A stretch of 63,853 bases of DNA, the filler included, from Reclinomonas americana ATCC 50394 (Eukaryota): assembly GCA_048213135.1 (NCBI GenBank). It is 20 parts of 20 records of this genome, joined end to end, with 100 filler letters (N's around TTAATTAATTAA, not from the genome) between each part and the next. Parts side by side here need not be neighbours in the genome. Positions count along the whole stretch, not along the records: positions 25,420 to 27,022 come from AFZH01024277.1; positions 27,123 to 35,123 come from AFZH01024278.1; positions 35,224 to 41,450 come from AFZH01024279.1; 17 more parts are not named here. The stretch is one strand, 5' to 3'. Both the position numbers and the translations under genes were made by a program. The notes under the pieces were generated by a model. The model searched no databases, was not told the origin of the DNA, and saw only the letters and a list, made by a program, of their open reading frames with translations. Numbering within the stretch: the stretch's first letter is position 1; each line of letters begins with the position of its first letter. Shown here in pieces: positions 26,215 through 37,498 of this stretch.

Positions 26215-29200
26215 TCACCGCGATGAGCTGCTACCACCCCCGCCCAGAGCAGACGAATCCGACAGCGAGTTCAGCTGATCCATGACATCGCGCAGAATGC
26301 GCACTCGGTTGGCCGCCTCCTCTCGTTGCGCCAGTACCGCCGGATCCTCGGCCAGCAGCGAATCGTACAACGACTCCTGCACCCCACCCCCACTTGAGAA
26401 CAGACACCCGGGCATTCGTTCACGCAGAATAGCGCACTTGCCTTGTGTAGCGTGGCGATAATGTGCGCGCTCAGCTGCTCACGCAGCGGGCGGACGATAA
26501 AGTGGAAAATGGCCTTGGGTACGGAATCCTGCAGGCATAAGTGTGAGAGAGAGGTGGCTCTTTTCAACATGCCTCCACACCCCACGCAACTTGCATGGCG
26601 GCGCGCACAAGCAAGAAATACGACTGGAGCAGCTCGCCTGTGCACATAACAGAATATGTACGTAAGTAGAATGGTTGTGTCGTGATCGCACGCGCGACAA
26701 CGCAACGAGTAATCATCAACTCGGCGGCCTCGTCTTCACGCAGCTCGTCGACCTTGTGCTCGCCTCCCGACCCAGATGCGGAGGAGTTTGGCGGTGAGCG
26801 CGAGCCAGCGCGCTGTGCCCCACCAAAGAAATTGTCGAGGAGGCCCTGCGGGGGTGATATTCGATAAGATGATGATAGACAGCAATAGCAGCAAGAAAAA
26901 AGTAAAGATAGAAGGCGAGGACAGAACGCGAGACAGGGGGGGGCGGGGGAGACGGAGTGGGGGGGAGACGGAGTGGGGGGGAGACGGCAGTGGGGAGACG
27001 CAGTGGGGAGACGCAGTGGGGGNNNNNNNNNNNNNNNNNNNNNNNNNNNNNNNNNNNNNNNNNNNNTTAATTAATTAANNNNNNNNNNNNNNNNNNNNNN
27101 NNNNNNNNNNNNNNNNNNNNNNGCAGTGGGGGGAGACGCAGTGGGGGGAAACGCAGTGGGGGGAGACGCAGTGGGGGGAGACGCAGTGGGGGGAGACGCA
27201 GTGGGGGGAGACACAAGTGGGAGATGAAGTGAGGAAAGACGGAGTGGGGGGAGACGGAGTGGGAGGAGATGTAGTGGCGAGAGACTCTCCTTGCCCAAGT
27301 CAACATGCTTCCGCTTCTTTCATCCTCTGCCATCCACCAACCCTCTCGCCCCACGCAACATCATCGCTCTTCGCTCCACGCTTCCCACCACCTCTGTCAG
27401 TCTGCACGCGAATCCGTTAACAACCGCAAGAACAATCACACTCATGGGAATACGAACCGAGGAGTCGACCATCACGAAATCGCTGGAGGCAGCGGAAGTC
27501 CCCACACTGCGCCCTGCACCCGCGGCATCTCCCCCCGCTCCCGCCGCCGCCGCCGCTGCTGCCGTCGCCGCCGTTGGGACGCGGCGCACCTGGCTGGTGG
27601 ACGCCGAGTTGCAGAGGTCGCGGTAAAAGTCGTGGAACGTCTGCCCGCGGTCGGCGTACACAAAATCAAAGTTGATAAAGTCGGACTGAATGGCCAGCGT
27701 CTGCTGAATGTACTCGCGACACGCCGGTGCCTTCTCGTCCACAATCTCGCGCACGCACTTTAGCACGTGCTCACGCAGCAGCGGGTAGCGATTGAGCGGT
27801 GGGCGCTGTGCGATGTGCGTTGAGAAAAAGGCGAGGCGGAGCCGCACACACACAAAATCTCCTCCCCCACACACGCACCTCTGCACACCGCGACGCGATG
27901 CGCAACAGCGCCTCCACCACTCGTTCCAAACAGCGCATCGCCGGCGGTTCCAGTCGACGCAACTCGGTGCGAATGAGACGCACAAACACGCGGGTGTTCG
28001 GCAGCGCCTCGGACGCCAGACCCGGTGCGTGCGTGTTGCGAATGACGGCCACGATCTCGGCCTCGGAGGGTGACTGGTCGCAGTTCATGCGCCGGTACTG
28101 CGACACCAACTCGCTCTGGAAGATTTCGTGGACGAGAGCGGCGCCGCACCTGGACAGTAAGGGGAAGGGTGAGATAGAAGGGAAAGGCGGACGAGGGGGA
28201 AGGAGGAGGGGAGGAGGAGGAGGAGGAGGAGGAGGAGGAGGAGGAGGAGGAGGAGGAGGAGGAGGAGGAGGAGGAGGAGGAGAGGTGGTGGTGGAAGAGG
28301 AGGAGGAGGAGGAGGTGGTGGAAGAGAAGGAGGAGAAGGAGAAGGAGAACAGAGAGAAGAAACATATAAATAGAGAGAAGAGAAACAGGAAGGAGATGAG
28401 ACGGAAGAGGGGAACGTGAAATAGGGAAGGAGGAGAAGTGGAGAAAGAAACGGAGGAGGAAAATAAGAAGACGAAAGTAGAGGTGTATAGAGAGGAACAA
28501 CTGGCGGAGAAGGTGGGAAGAAAACGCGGACGAGGCATGACGAGAACATGATGAGAGCCGAGAAACAGACAGAGGAAATCGGGCACGAGTAGAGAGCGGA
28601 TGCGACGGCGAAGCGTCACACACAGGAGGAGAGAGAAAGGATCACGAAGGATTAGGAACACGGGATGAGGGCAACGATGCACTCCTCGTGCAGGAGACAG
28701 AGAGAAACACTGAGAATTGCAAGGGGAAAAAAGACATTGCAGCGTGCTAACGAAGGCATGCAGTGTGCCTGAAAGCCAGAGGACAAAGACGATGACACGA
28801 AAAGGAGGGATGCATAAAACACAACTTTTCCGTCAGCACGTCTTGACCTGTGCCCTCGTAGACGCTCTTGAATGAGTCCGAGAACGACTGCAGCCGGTAC
28901 AACAGCAGGGCGCTCTGCAATCAAAATAGTCGTCAGTTGTCGCTTGCAATTGCCCCCTTCTTCTCGTCGCTTGCGTGTCTGTCTGCGTGTCTATCTGTCA
29001 ACGTTTGTCTGTCTGTCTGTCTGTCTATCCGTACATCTCTATTTATTTCTCTCTCTCTCGCCACTCTCCCGTCGCACATACGAAGCGACACGCTTCTGAT
29101 ACACGTTATCCTACTCTCACTCCTTCCTCTCTTGCGAGAGAGATTGGTAAGTTGGTCGAGCGAGGCAGGCTCATGGAGATCAGGCGTTCATCCTGCATCC

Positions 29201-31120
29201 AGTTTTTCTCTCTCTATCTCTCTTCCTTCCATGTCCTCCCTTATCTCTTTTACCTCTCCTTCTTCATGCCCTTCGCCGTCTCCTTCCATTCTTAGTCCTC
29301 CCATACCCTTGCTCCTCCTTTCCTGTCATCCTCTCTTCCCCTTCATGTCCTTCCCTGTCTCCTTCCACTCTCGCTCCTCCCATACCTTGCTCCTCCTTTT
29401 CCTCTCATCCTCTCTTCCCCATGTCCTCCTCACTACCCATCCTTCCTTCTACCATACCTTTTTTCGCACCCCCTTCCCCTTTACCCTCCCTTTTCCCTCT
29501 CTATCCCCTCCCCCTTTCCCTCATCACCTTCTCCCTCGGCACATACACATCCACCTCCTCGGCGACCGCGCGCAACGCCTCCTGTGCCGACAACAACATG
29601 AAATGCGCCGTCTGCCGCACCTCCGGCAACTCCTCGCAGATGCGCTTGAAGAGATGCTCGCTCAGCTTGCGCGCCAAGTACGGCACGCCCATCTGGTCGG
29701 CCATAGGGGCGTACTTTTCGTGGCGTCGAAAGTAATCGCGCTCCGCCGCCAGCGCCTCCGCAATGCTCGTGCCACGCTGAATATCCAACTGCGACCGATT
29801 GATGACGCCCACGTAGCCGTGTCGCAGCGGCACCACCTCACCGCGCAGCATACGCAGCGCGTCGACTCCACGATCCATCAGATCCAGCTTCGTAATCACG
29901 CCAATGGTGCGCTCGCCCTCCGGATCGAATTTTTTCGACACGGCCAGCGCGTCGGCCGTGGCCAAATCGGCATTGCCGGGACACACCGCCAGAATGAGGT
30001 TGTTTTTGCGACGCACATAGTCCTTCACAATCTCGTAGATCTGCCGGTCAATGTCCTCCGGCTGCCCGGTGGTCGCCACGCGCGTGAGACCCGGCAAGTC
30101 GACCAGTGTCAGTGGGATGACTCTGTGGCGCGCGCGCGGTCAACAAAGGAGAATAGAGAGAGGGGAATGGGATGTAAGGGTACCTGGAGGAGTAAATCGT
30201 CAGTCGAATGGGCTCTCCAGAGACCACTTGCCGCGTGGCAGTCAGGTGGCGTTCGGTCTCGGCCTGGATCTCATCGCGAACGCGCGAAAAATCCGTGAAT
30301 CGCCGACTCGGATCGTGCTCAAACATCGCCCAGTCGTCCTCTAGGAAGGCAGTGAGAGTGAGTGAGAGAGGGACAGAGTGAGGGAGAGAGACAGAAGAGC
30401 ACTCACCGCCCTCGCGACATCGCAGCAGCTGCAGAACCAACGGTCGTCGCGTGACAATCTCAGTGCCTTTGCATGAGAGAGAGAGAGAGAGAGAGATGCA
30501 CAAGGTTAGCGATCGCTCTCTCACTCACAGAGAGACACAGAGAGAAGGAGTAAGCGATCTCTATGACACAAAGACAGATCTCGAGGGAGAAGGAGTATAA
30601 GCGACCTATTCTCTCACACTCACAGAGAGACAGAGGGCGAAGGAGGAAGCGATCACACACAGCGATCTCTCTCTCTCTCTCTCTCTCACTCACAGAGAGA
30701 CAGAGGGAGAAGGTATAAGCGAATTCACTGACACAAAGAGACCGATCTCGAGGGAGGAGAAAGCGATCGCTCACAGTTCTCGCTCACTCTCTCACTAACA
30801 GGGAGACAGAGGGAGAAGGAGCAAGCGAACACAACAGCGATCTCACTAACACAGAGACACAGAGGGAGCGGGAGCAAGCGATCACTCACAGCGATCTCTC
30901 TCTCTATGTCGCTCTCTCTCCTCTCACTCTCACACTTTGACTGACCTCGCGGGAGAAAGTCGCGCCCAACAATCGCCTCCAACACTGAGCTCTTGCCTGA
31001 GGTCTGCGAGCCCACGACAACGATTCCCGGCAATCGCACTTGCTCCTCGAAGCTGTGGCCCATGCCCAGTGTCTCCAACAGAGATTGCACATTGTTGACA
31101 ACGGGAAGAAGCGCGTCCAT
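26215..31120 (-). CDS. Dynamin-related GTPase (Drp1/Vps1-like), multi-exon, spans spacer 27023-27122
   Basis: [58 protein letters not shown]; middle domain [21 protein letters not shown]...LLAEDP. Confidence 0.93.
26935..27270. repeat. G-rich ~15-16 bp intronic minisatellite (ggggggagacgcagt) flanking a gap
   Basis: Unit repeated on both sides of spacer 27023-27122. Confidence 0.85.
30500..30910. repeat. Degenerate ~50-60 bp tandem repeat in dynamin intron 1
   Basis: Recurring agcgatctct..cactcacagagagacagagggagaaggag. Confidence 0.7.
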
Positions 31121-31289
31121 TGTGTGTGAGAGATAGAGGGAGAGAGGGAGACAGCGAGGAAGTAAGAGAGAGAGCTCTGACAGGACTTGTCGGGTTTCAT
31201 TTCGCGTGGTTTCTCTTTGTTTCTGCCTTTGTTGTTGTTCTCAGCTAGGCGAGTGGTGTGAATGTGAGTGGAGTGAGTGAGGAAGGTGA

Positions 31290-31790
31290 ATGCGATGCAG
31301 CTGGTGCAGAGCAAGAGTTGTAAGACGTCTCGACGTTGACTTCGCGGTTCTTGTCTCTCATGTTGTCGCTGCTGGTGTTTGAGTGTGAGTGATGCGAATG
31401 TGAGGCTGTGAGTGAGGTCAGGCAGTGGAGAGTTGCAATGCATCTGCTGCAGAGAGCAAGAGTTGTCATGATCGCGACTTCGACTTCGCGGTTCTTGTCT
31501 CTCTCTCTTCTCGCTGGTACTTGCCTGTGTGAGTGGTGAGAGCGCGAGGTTGTGAGTGAGGCAAGGCAGTGGAGAGTTGCAATGCAGCTGGTGCAGAGCA
31601 AGTTGTCAGACCGCGACTTCGACTTCGCGGTTCTTGTCTCTCTCTCTTCTCGCTGGTACTTGCCTGTGTGAGTGGTGAGAGCGCGAGGTTGTGAGTGAGG
31701 CAAGGCAGTTGAGCACTGCGAAGCAGCTGCTGCAGAGCAAGAGTTGTCAGACGTCTCGACGTTGACTTCGCGGTTCTTGTCTCTCTCATG
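31290..31790. repeat. ~140-144 bp tandem repeat, ~3.5-4 copies
   Basis: gacttcgcggttcttgtctctc at 31338, 31482, 31621, 31764; copies 2 and 3 nearly identical. Confidence 0.9.
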
Positions 31791-31917
31791 TTGTTTTCCT
31801 CAGAGCAGCTTTCCTCTGTGCTGCATTACGCCGGTGTACATGCATCTCCTTTTTTGCTTTGTTGCATGTGGGCTGTCCTGATGTCGCGTTCGTGGTCATT
31901 TGTTTGTGTGTTTTTGA

Positions 31918-32051
31918 ATGAGTGAGGAGACAAAGGCGACAGTGCCGCTCGAGTACTGTGGATTGTGGCAGCGATTGCAGTTGTTTGAGCCTCCTGAGGT
32001 GCACATACACAAAGAGAGAGATGAGGGAAAAGGGAGAGAGGAGGAGGAGAC

Positions 32052-32082
<31 letters not shown>

Positions 32083-32294
32083 GCTTGCAACAGCTCAGCC
32101 TTCTCTCTGTTCGCACACACACACACACACTCTCTCTCTTTCTTTCTCTATGAAGCCAACATCTCTGTCTGCACCTGAGTGTCCCTTATCCTTCATTGTC
32201 TTCCCTGTCTCTGCTCATGTCGGCGAGGCAAGAGAGGAGAGAGAAAGAGAAGAGGAAGATGGAGCTCTTCCATCTCTCTTCTGCTCTCCTTCTT

Positions 32295-32330
<36 letters not shown>

Positions 32331-32943
32331 GCCAACATCTCTGTCTGCGCCTGAGTGTCCCTTATCCTGCTGTCTGTTTCCTTCTCCCGGCTGCAAGGGA
32401 GACTGAGAGAGACATTCAGTGAGACGAGATGTCTTCCCTTTCCTCTCACACTTCCCCCGTTTCTCCCAGCTCCTCCTCGACGACTCCACCCGCGACTCCT
32501 CCCTCGTCTTCTGGCTGCAATCTCCCTCCGGCGCCTTTGTCGACATTCGCCGCGTGCGGCACGAAGCGAACCGCGTGCGTGGATTTGCCGGCCACACCGT
32601 GTACAGCAGCGTGCAGGCCGACTCCACCACCACCACCACACACATGCTCACCTGGCGTCGTCGACTCGACACCAACCCCGAGTGCGTTGGCCCGTCGGGC
32701 ATTGACCAGGCGGGCGTGCGATTCCTCGACGATGGGCTGTTGGAGGAGTTTTCGTTGTCGGGCGAGTATGTGGAGGTGTGGCGGCAGGTGGGCGATGCGG
32801 AGAGTGTGGTGGTGCTGGAGGAGGGAGAGGAGTGCTTCCGGTTGAAGTGCGGTGAGGTGGTGATGGTGGCTGAGCGGAGGGACGGTGCAGTGAGAGTGCA
32901 GAGGTGGGAGGGTGGGGAGTGTGTGTTGTCGACAGGGCAGTGA
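31918..32943 (+). CDS. HRI1-like protein, two exons
   Basis: Exon 1 31918-31998 (VPLEYCGLWQRLQL), phase-0 intron 31999-32469, exon 2 with VFWLQSPSGAFVDIR, GFAG, TWRRRLD, EYVEVWRQ. Confidence 0.6.
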
Positions 32944-33134
32944 AGGAGGAAACAAGAAGTGATGACTTGCATGTCAAGTGTGGCTTGAAAATCTGCATCG
33001 GCGTGCGCGATACACGCGTGGCGTATGCAATTGCCAAGGGTTGACAACCTGCTTCACTGATTGATCCCGAAGAGATGGTCACATCTGTTCTCTACCCTTC
33101 AGCCGTGGTCCACCTTCGACACCCGAGGATACGC

Positions 33135-33690
33135 ACTTGTACGTAAAGAATACGGCAGTGCTCACAGCAAAGGGTACAGAGACCAGCGGCGGTGACTCTG
33201 CAGCTGCGATATCAATATTGATATCGAAGCAACGGTCCTCTGTTCTCTTTCGTCGCCGTGATCGATCAGCGACAGGAGGACTTGGTGTACTTGTTCGTGG
33301 ATAATACTTTGTGCAGTGCTCACAGTAGTCAACGGTCCAGGAACAATCTGCGGTGACTGCAGCTGCAGTTGCAGCTGGGATTCGAAGCATTGGTTCTCTG
33401 TTCTCATTCGACGCAGTGATGGATCAGCGACAGGAGGACTTGGGCTTTTACGTAGAGAATGCGGTAACGCACACAGTCAACGGTCCAGGAACAAGCGGTG
33501 GTGACTCTGCAGCTGCGAATTCGAAATCGATGTCAATACGAAGCAACGGTCCTCCTATCTCCTTCAACCGTGATCAATCAGCGACAAGAGGACTTGGACT
33601 TCTGGAGTTCTATGAAGAAAGTACGGCAGCGCACACAGTCAAGAGTCTCGAGGCCAGCTGCAGGTGCAGTGAATTCAAATTCGAATTCGA
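33135..33690. repeat. Degenerate ~154-158 bp tandem repeat, ~3.5 copies
   Basis: (g/a)atcagcgaca(g/a)gaggacttgg at 33264, 33422, 33576; ggtgactctgcagctgcga and cgaagcaacggtcctc also recur. Confidence 0.8.
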
Positions 33691-34214
33691 AGGTGTCAAC
33701 GGTCAAGGGCGAAGGGTCCAGAGACCGCATCCTTGCCACAAGGTGTATACTACCAAGGCGCGGAGTATACAAGAAGGTCGAGACAAGCCAGCGAAACCCG
33801 AAACGTTCGATACATGCATTGATTGACCGTTGCGCGAAAAACCCGTCACGATATCGTCGGGATTTGTGGCAGTCGACGAGAAAAGACACCCACCACTGTG
33901 TCGCCTGTCAACACACACGCACACACACGACAACGGTCACACGCACACACACACACAACTCGCAAGCGCGCGCGTGTGTGTGTGTGAGCGCAAGTCAGTG
34001 CCTCTTTCAAGTTGCAATTCACTTGCTCTCTCTCATTCACTATCGCCGAGTTGTCTCTTACTTTTGCGAGGAAGAGGCAAACGCAGTTGACTTGTCCGTT
34101 TGAGGCACGCTCGCCTCTCACCGACACACACGCACCAACACTTGCAACGAGGAAGGCGACGCTGTGAGTGACCGTTTCTCTCCATTGTTTGCATCATTAT
34201 CGATCGCTGCGAGC

Positions 34215-35123
34215 ATGGGCAACACGCACTCGCGCAAGTCGCGTTCTCTTGCGCCTCTGTTGGTGGCCACACGTGATGGAAGCTCTTCGTCTTCTTCGTC
34301 TTCTCAGTCGAGTGGAGGTGATTTCACGTCGCCTTTGTCGAGCTCGGCGGCTGCGGATTCGCCGGCGTCGGTGTTGATGCAGGCGGAGGTGTCGCCGAGG
34401 GTGATGGCGAGTGGTGCGTGTAGTGTGGTGGATGGTGAGGAGGGGTGTAAAGGGGAGGGGAATGGGAGGGGAATGGGAGGGGAATAGGAGGAGAAGGTGA
34501 AGCGGATACGAGTGGATCCGGAGAAGAGTTGCATTTCCTTTGCATTTTTTCGGATCTCGTTGTTGTTGCTGTTGTTGTTGTTCTTGTTCTTCTTCTTCTT
34601 CTTCTTCTTCTCCGTCTTCTTCTTCTTCTTTCCCTTTCTCTCCTCCCCTTCATTTTCTCACTCACGCCACGCAGCACAACGAGCCATACGACGCCTGATG
34701 GAGCCCATCTCGCAACTCATGAGCTGCATCACCTCGGAGGCACCGACGTGCTCCGACGCGCAGGCGGTGATGCCGGTGCTGGTCAGCATGCGCGATGTAC
34801 TGGCGTGTCTCGATGCGGAGGCCATGCATGTTGCGTCTCGCACTGGAAGGGGAGGGTAGTGCCTGTCATCTGCCTTCCGTGCTCTTCTGAAATGCAACGA
34901 GGTCACGGGAGAGACACTGCGGGAGAAAGAAGGGACCTGACACCCTCTCCCTTATCCTCTCCACTCATCCTCTCCCTCGTCTTCCCCCTTCGTCTTCCCC
35001 CATCGTCTTCCCCGTCCCTCACCCTTCCCCCTTTGCCTCCCCCTTTGCCTTCACCCTTTTCTCTTCCTCTTCCTCTCCCCCATCCTCTCCCCACCTCCCC
35101 CTATTCTCCCTTTGCCTCCCCCC
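34215..35123 (+). CDS. Hypothetical protein, 3'-partial, possible N-myristoylation
   Basis: MGNTHSRK start; Ser-rich exon; second exon AQRAIRRLMEPISQLMSC. Confidence 0.45.
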
Positions 35124-36042
35124 NNNNNNNNNNNNNNNNNNNNNNNNNNNNNNNNNNNNNNNNNNNNTTAATTAATTAANNNNNNNNNNNNNNNNNNNNN
35201 NNNNNNNNNNNNNNNNNNNNNNNTGGATGGCGATTCACACAAAGAAAAGAGAAGAGAAGAGAGAAAGGAGATGCACTTTGCAACTGACACAACCTCTCAC
35301 ACACACGAGGGGTAGCTTGTGAGTGATGAGGTGGACACGCAGTGGCGGAGAGACACAGAAAGGCGGGAGAGGTGGGGACGGCAGCGCGTGCGGCGTGCAT
35401 TTCCCCGATGTCGCGCGCGCGCGCCAAACAGGCACACTCTCTCCCACTCACTCGCTCGCCGCAGCACATGCACACACTCACACAACAGACGAGAGTGAAG
35501 ACACACACACACTGCACCCTCAAGAGCCCACTCGCAGAGACACAAAACCATGCGTGCGCGCGAAAAAACAGTGTGTGCACGCACCAACAGTGGCGAGTCG
35601 ACTGCTGCCGCCTTCACAGCAGCTGGTGGCGTGCGCTGCTGCGCAGCTGCTGCAGCTGCTGCAGCTGCTGCAGCTGCTGCTGCAGGTGGTGGTGGAGGAG
35701 GTGGACTGCCAACCGGCGACGAGGCAGTTGTCATGCCGCGCGGAGAGGCCATGATTGAAAGAACGAAATTGTGTTGGTGCACGTTTTTTTCCGTTCCTAA
35801 CGCGCGTCACCGCAACGGCTAGGCCGCTGAGTTGCATTCACAAGTCACGCACACTTTGCATGGGGTGACACTCGCACAATTGTTTTTCCTCTCTTTCCCG
35901 CTCGCGCCACCACCGCATGCATGCATGCGTGCAGTACACAGCGCGTGCGTGGCACGTGCGTCCTCTTTCCACCGCGCGCGTGCCTCTCTCCATTCACTAT
36001 TTAAACATCATCATCGTACTCGGGTATGCGACACAGCGTGTG

Positions 36043-37432
36043 TTATACCCGGTTGGGCAGCAGCTCCTCAAACACACCCGGTATGCTGGCAATCATGTGC
36101 GATGCGGTCATCCCTCTGCAATCAAATCAATCAATTCACATGCATGCACACCAATCCACGAGCAGGCCGAGGAGGCACATACCGCTTGCGCTGTGCATAG
36201 GCCACCTTGGCACATGTCCGGGTGATGACACAGGCGCCAATGCAGGCGCGCACCACAGCGGGACACTCGGCACTGTCGATTTGTGACTCGGGGGCGGCGT
36301 GCGCCCACGAGAGGAACGTGCCGAGTACGCCACTCAGCACATCGCCCTGCCCGCCACACCTCCGGCGACACACATCAGGCGACGCATCCACAATCTCCCA
36401 TGCTGCTCGGCGAGGATTGAGCAACGCAGCAAGGGAGGAAGCAAACAATGACAGCGCAACTCTGCCGACTTGGTCCGTGGGCAATGATATCGGTGGCGCC
36501 CTTGGAGAGCACCGTGCACCCACCAAGCCGCTCACTCAAGTCAAGCGCCGCAGCGGCACGCGAGAAGGCCGGATGCTCGCCCTCGGGACCCTCCGGTTGC
36601 TGCCCGGTGGCCTCGCACAAATACCTAAACTCGTTGACATTGGGCGTGAGCACCACCCACTCGTTGCGCACCGCCGCCGACAGCGTGCTCTCCAGGTTAC
36701 GCGACGTCATGTAGATGCCATCGCCGTCAATCACCACCGGTATACCGCGTCCATCGTTAACCTCGGTCCGTGCCACGCCAATCATGTCGGCCGCGCAGGC
36801 AAACGTCGGAGCATCTTCGCAATGCAGTGAGGCATGCGAGGGGGGGACAGCAAGTGAGAGCGTGCGCGTACCTCGACCGAGTCCCGGGCCGACCACCATG
36901 GCAGTCAGGCGACCGATCTGCTGCGTCGCATGCAAGCGGAACTCACTTGTCCACGAGTCGGGCGGATTGCCACCACTGTAAAAGAGCAAATGAGCAGCAG
37001 TGTTGGAGGGAGCTGTACAGGCAAGGCGAGCAGCGCACCGCTCATCAGCCAGCACCGGGTGCACAATGAGATCGGGCGAGTAGCCGCGAATGACATTGGC
37101 CAGTTCGCGACAGCAGAACACGTGACTGAGATCGGCGCCCTGTTTTTTTTTGGTAAAGGAATCAGCTCACAGTGACTGATTGAGCATGCTCAATCATAGG
37201 CGCAACAGTGGCCAGTGCAGCAGCTGCGGCGTAGTATGGTGCGCCTGTGTACATGAACGATCCACCGACAGTGCCGACCTTGCCTGTGCGCGCGCGCGCG
37301 AAACACACATTGTAATCGCGTGTGTGTGTGCAGAGAAAGACAGAGGTGGGGACACACACCGAGCTGTCCCTTGTGCAGCTGAGGAGCCAGTGTGGGCACC
37401 ACATCGCGTGCCAGAGCAAACGTCGCCAACAT
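36043..37432 (-). CDS. NAXD: ATP-dependent (S)-NAD(P)H-hydrate dehydratase
   Basis: HKGQLG/KVGTVGGSFMYTGAPY, GADLSHVFC, YSPDLIVHP, VVGPGLGR, VIDGDG, LTPNVNEF, RRCGGQGDVLSG. Confidence 0.93.
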
Positions 37433-37498
37433 TGATGCGCGAGAGTGGGCAACGAAAGCAGAGAGGACACAGACGGAGGACAGGTGATCACTGAAGAG

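Noticed and set aside
31290..33690. Repeat arrays as CRISPR arrays
   Set aside because: Whole units are homologous with no unique spacers; eukaryotic context; no cas genes.
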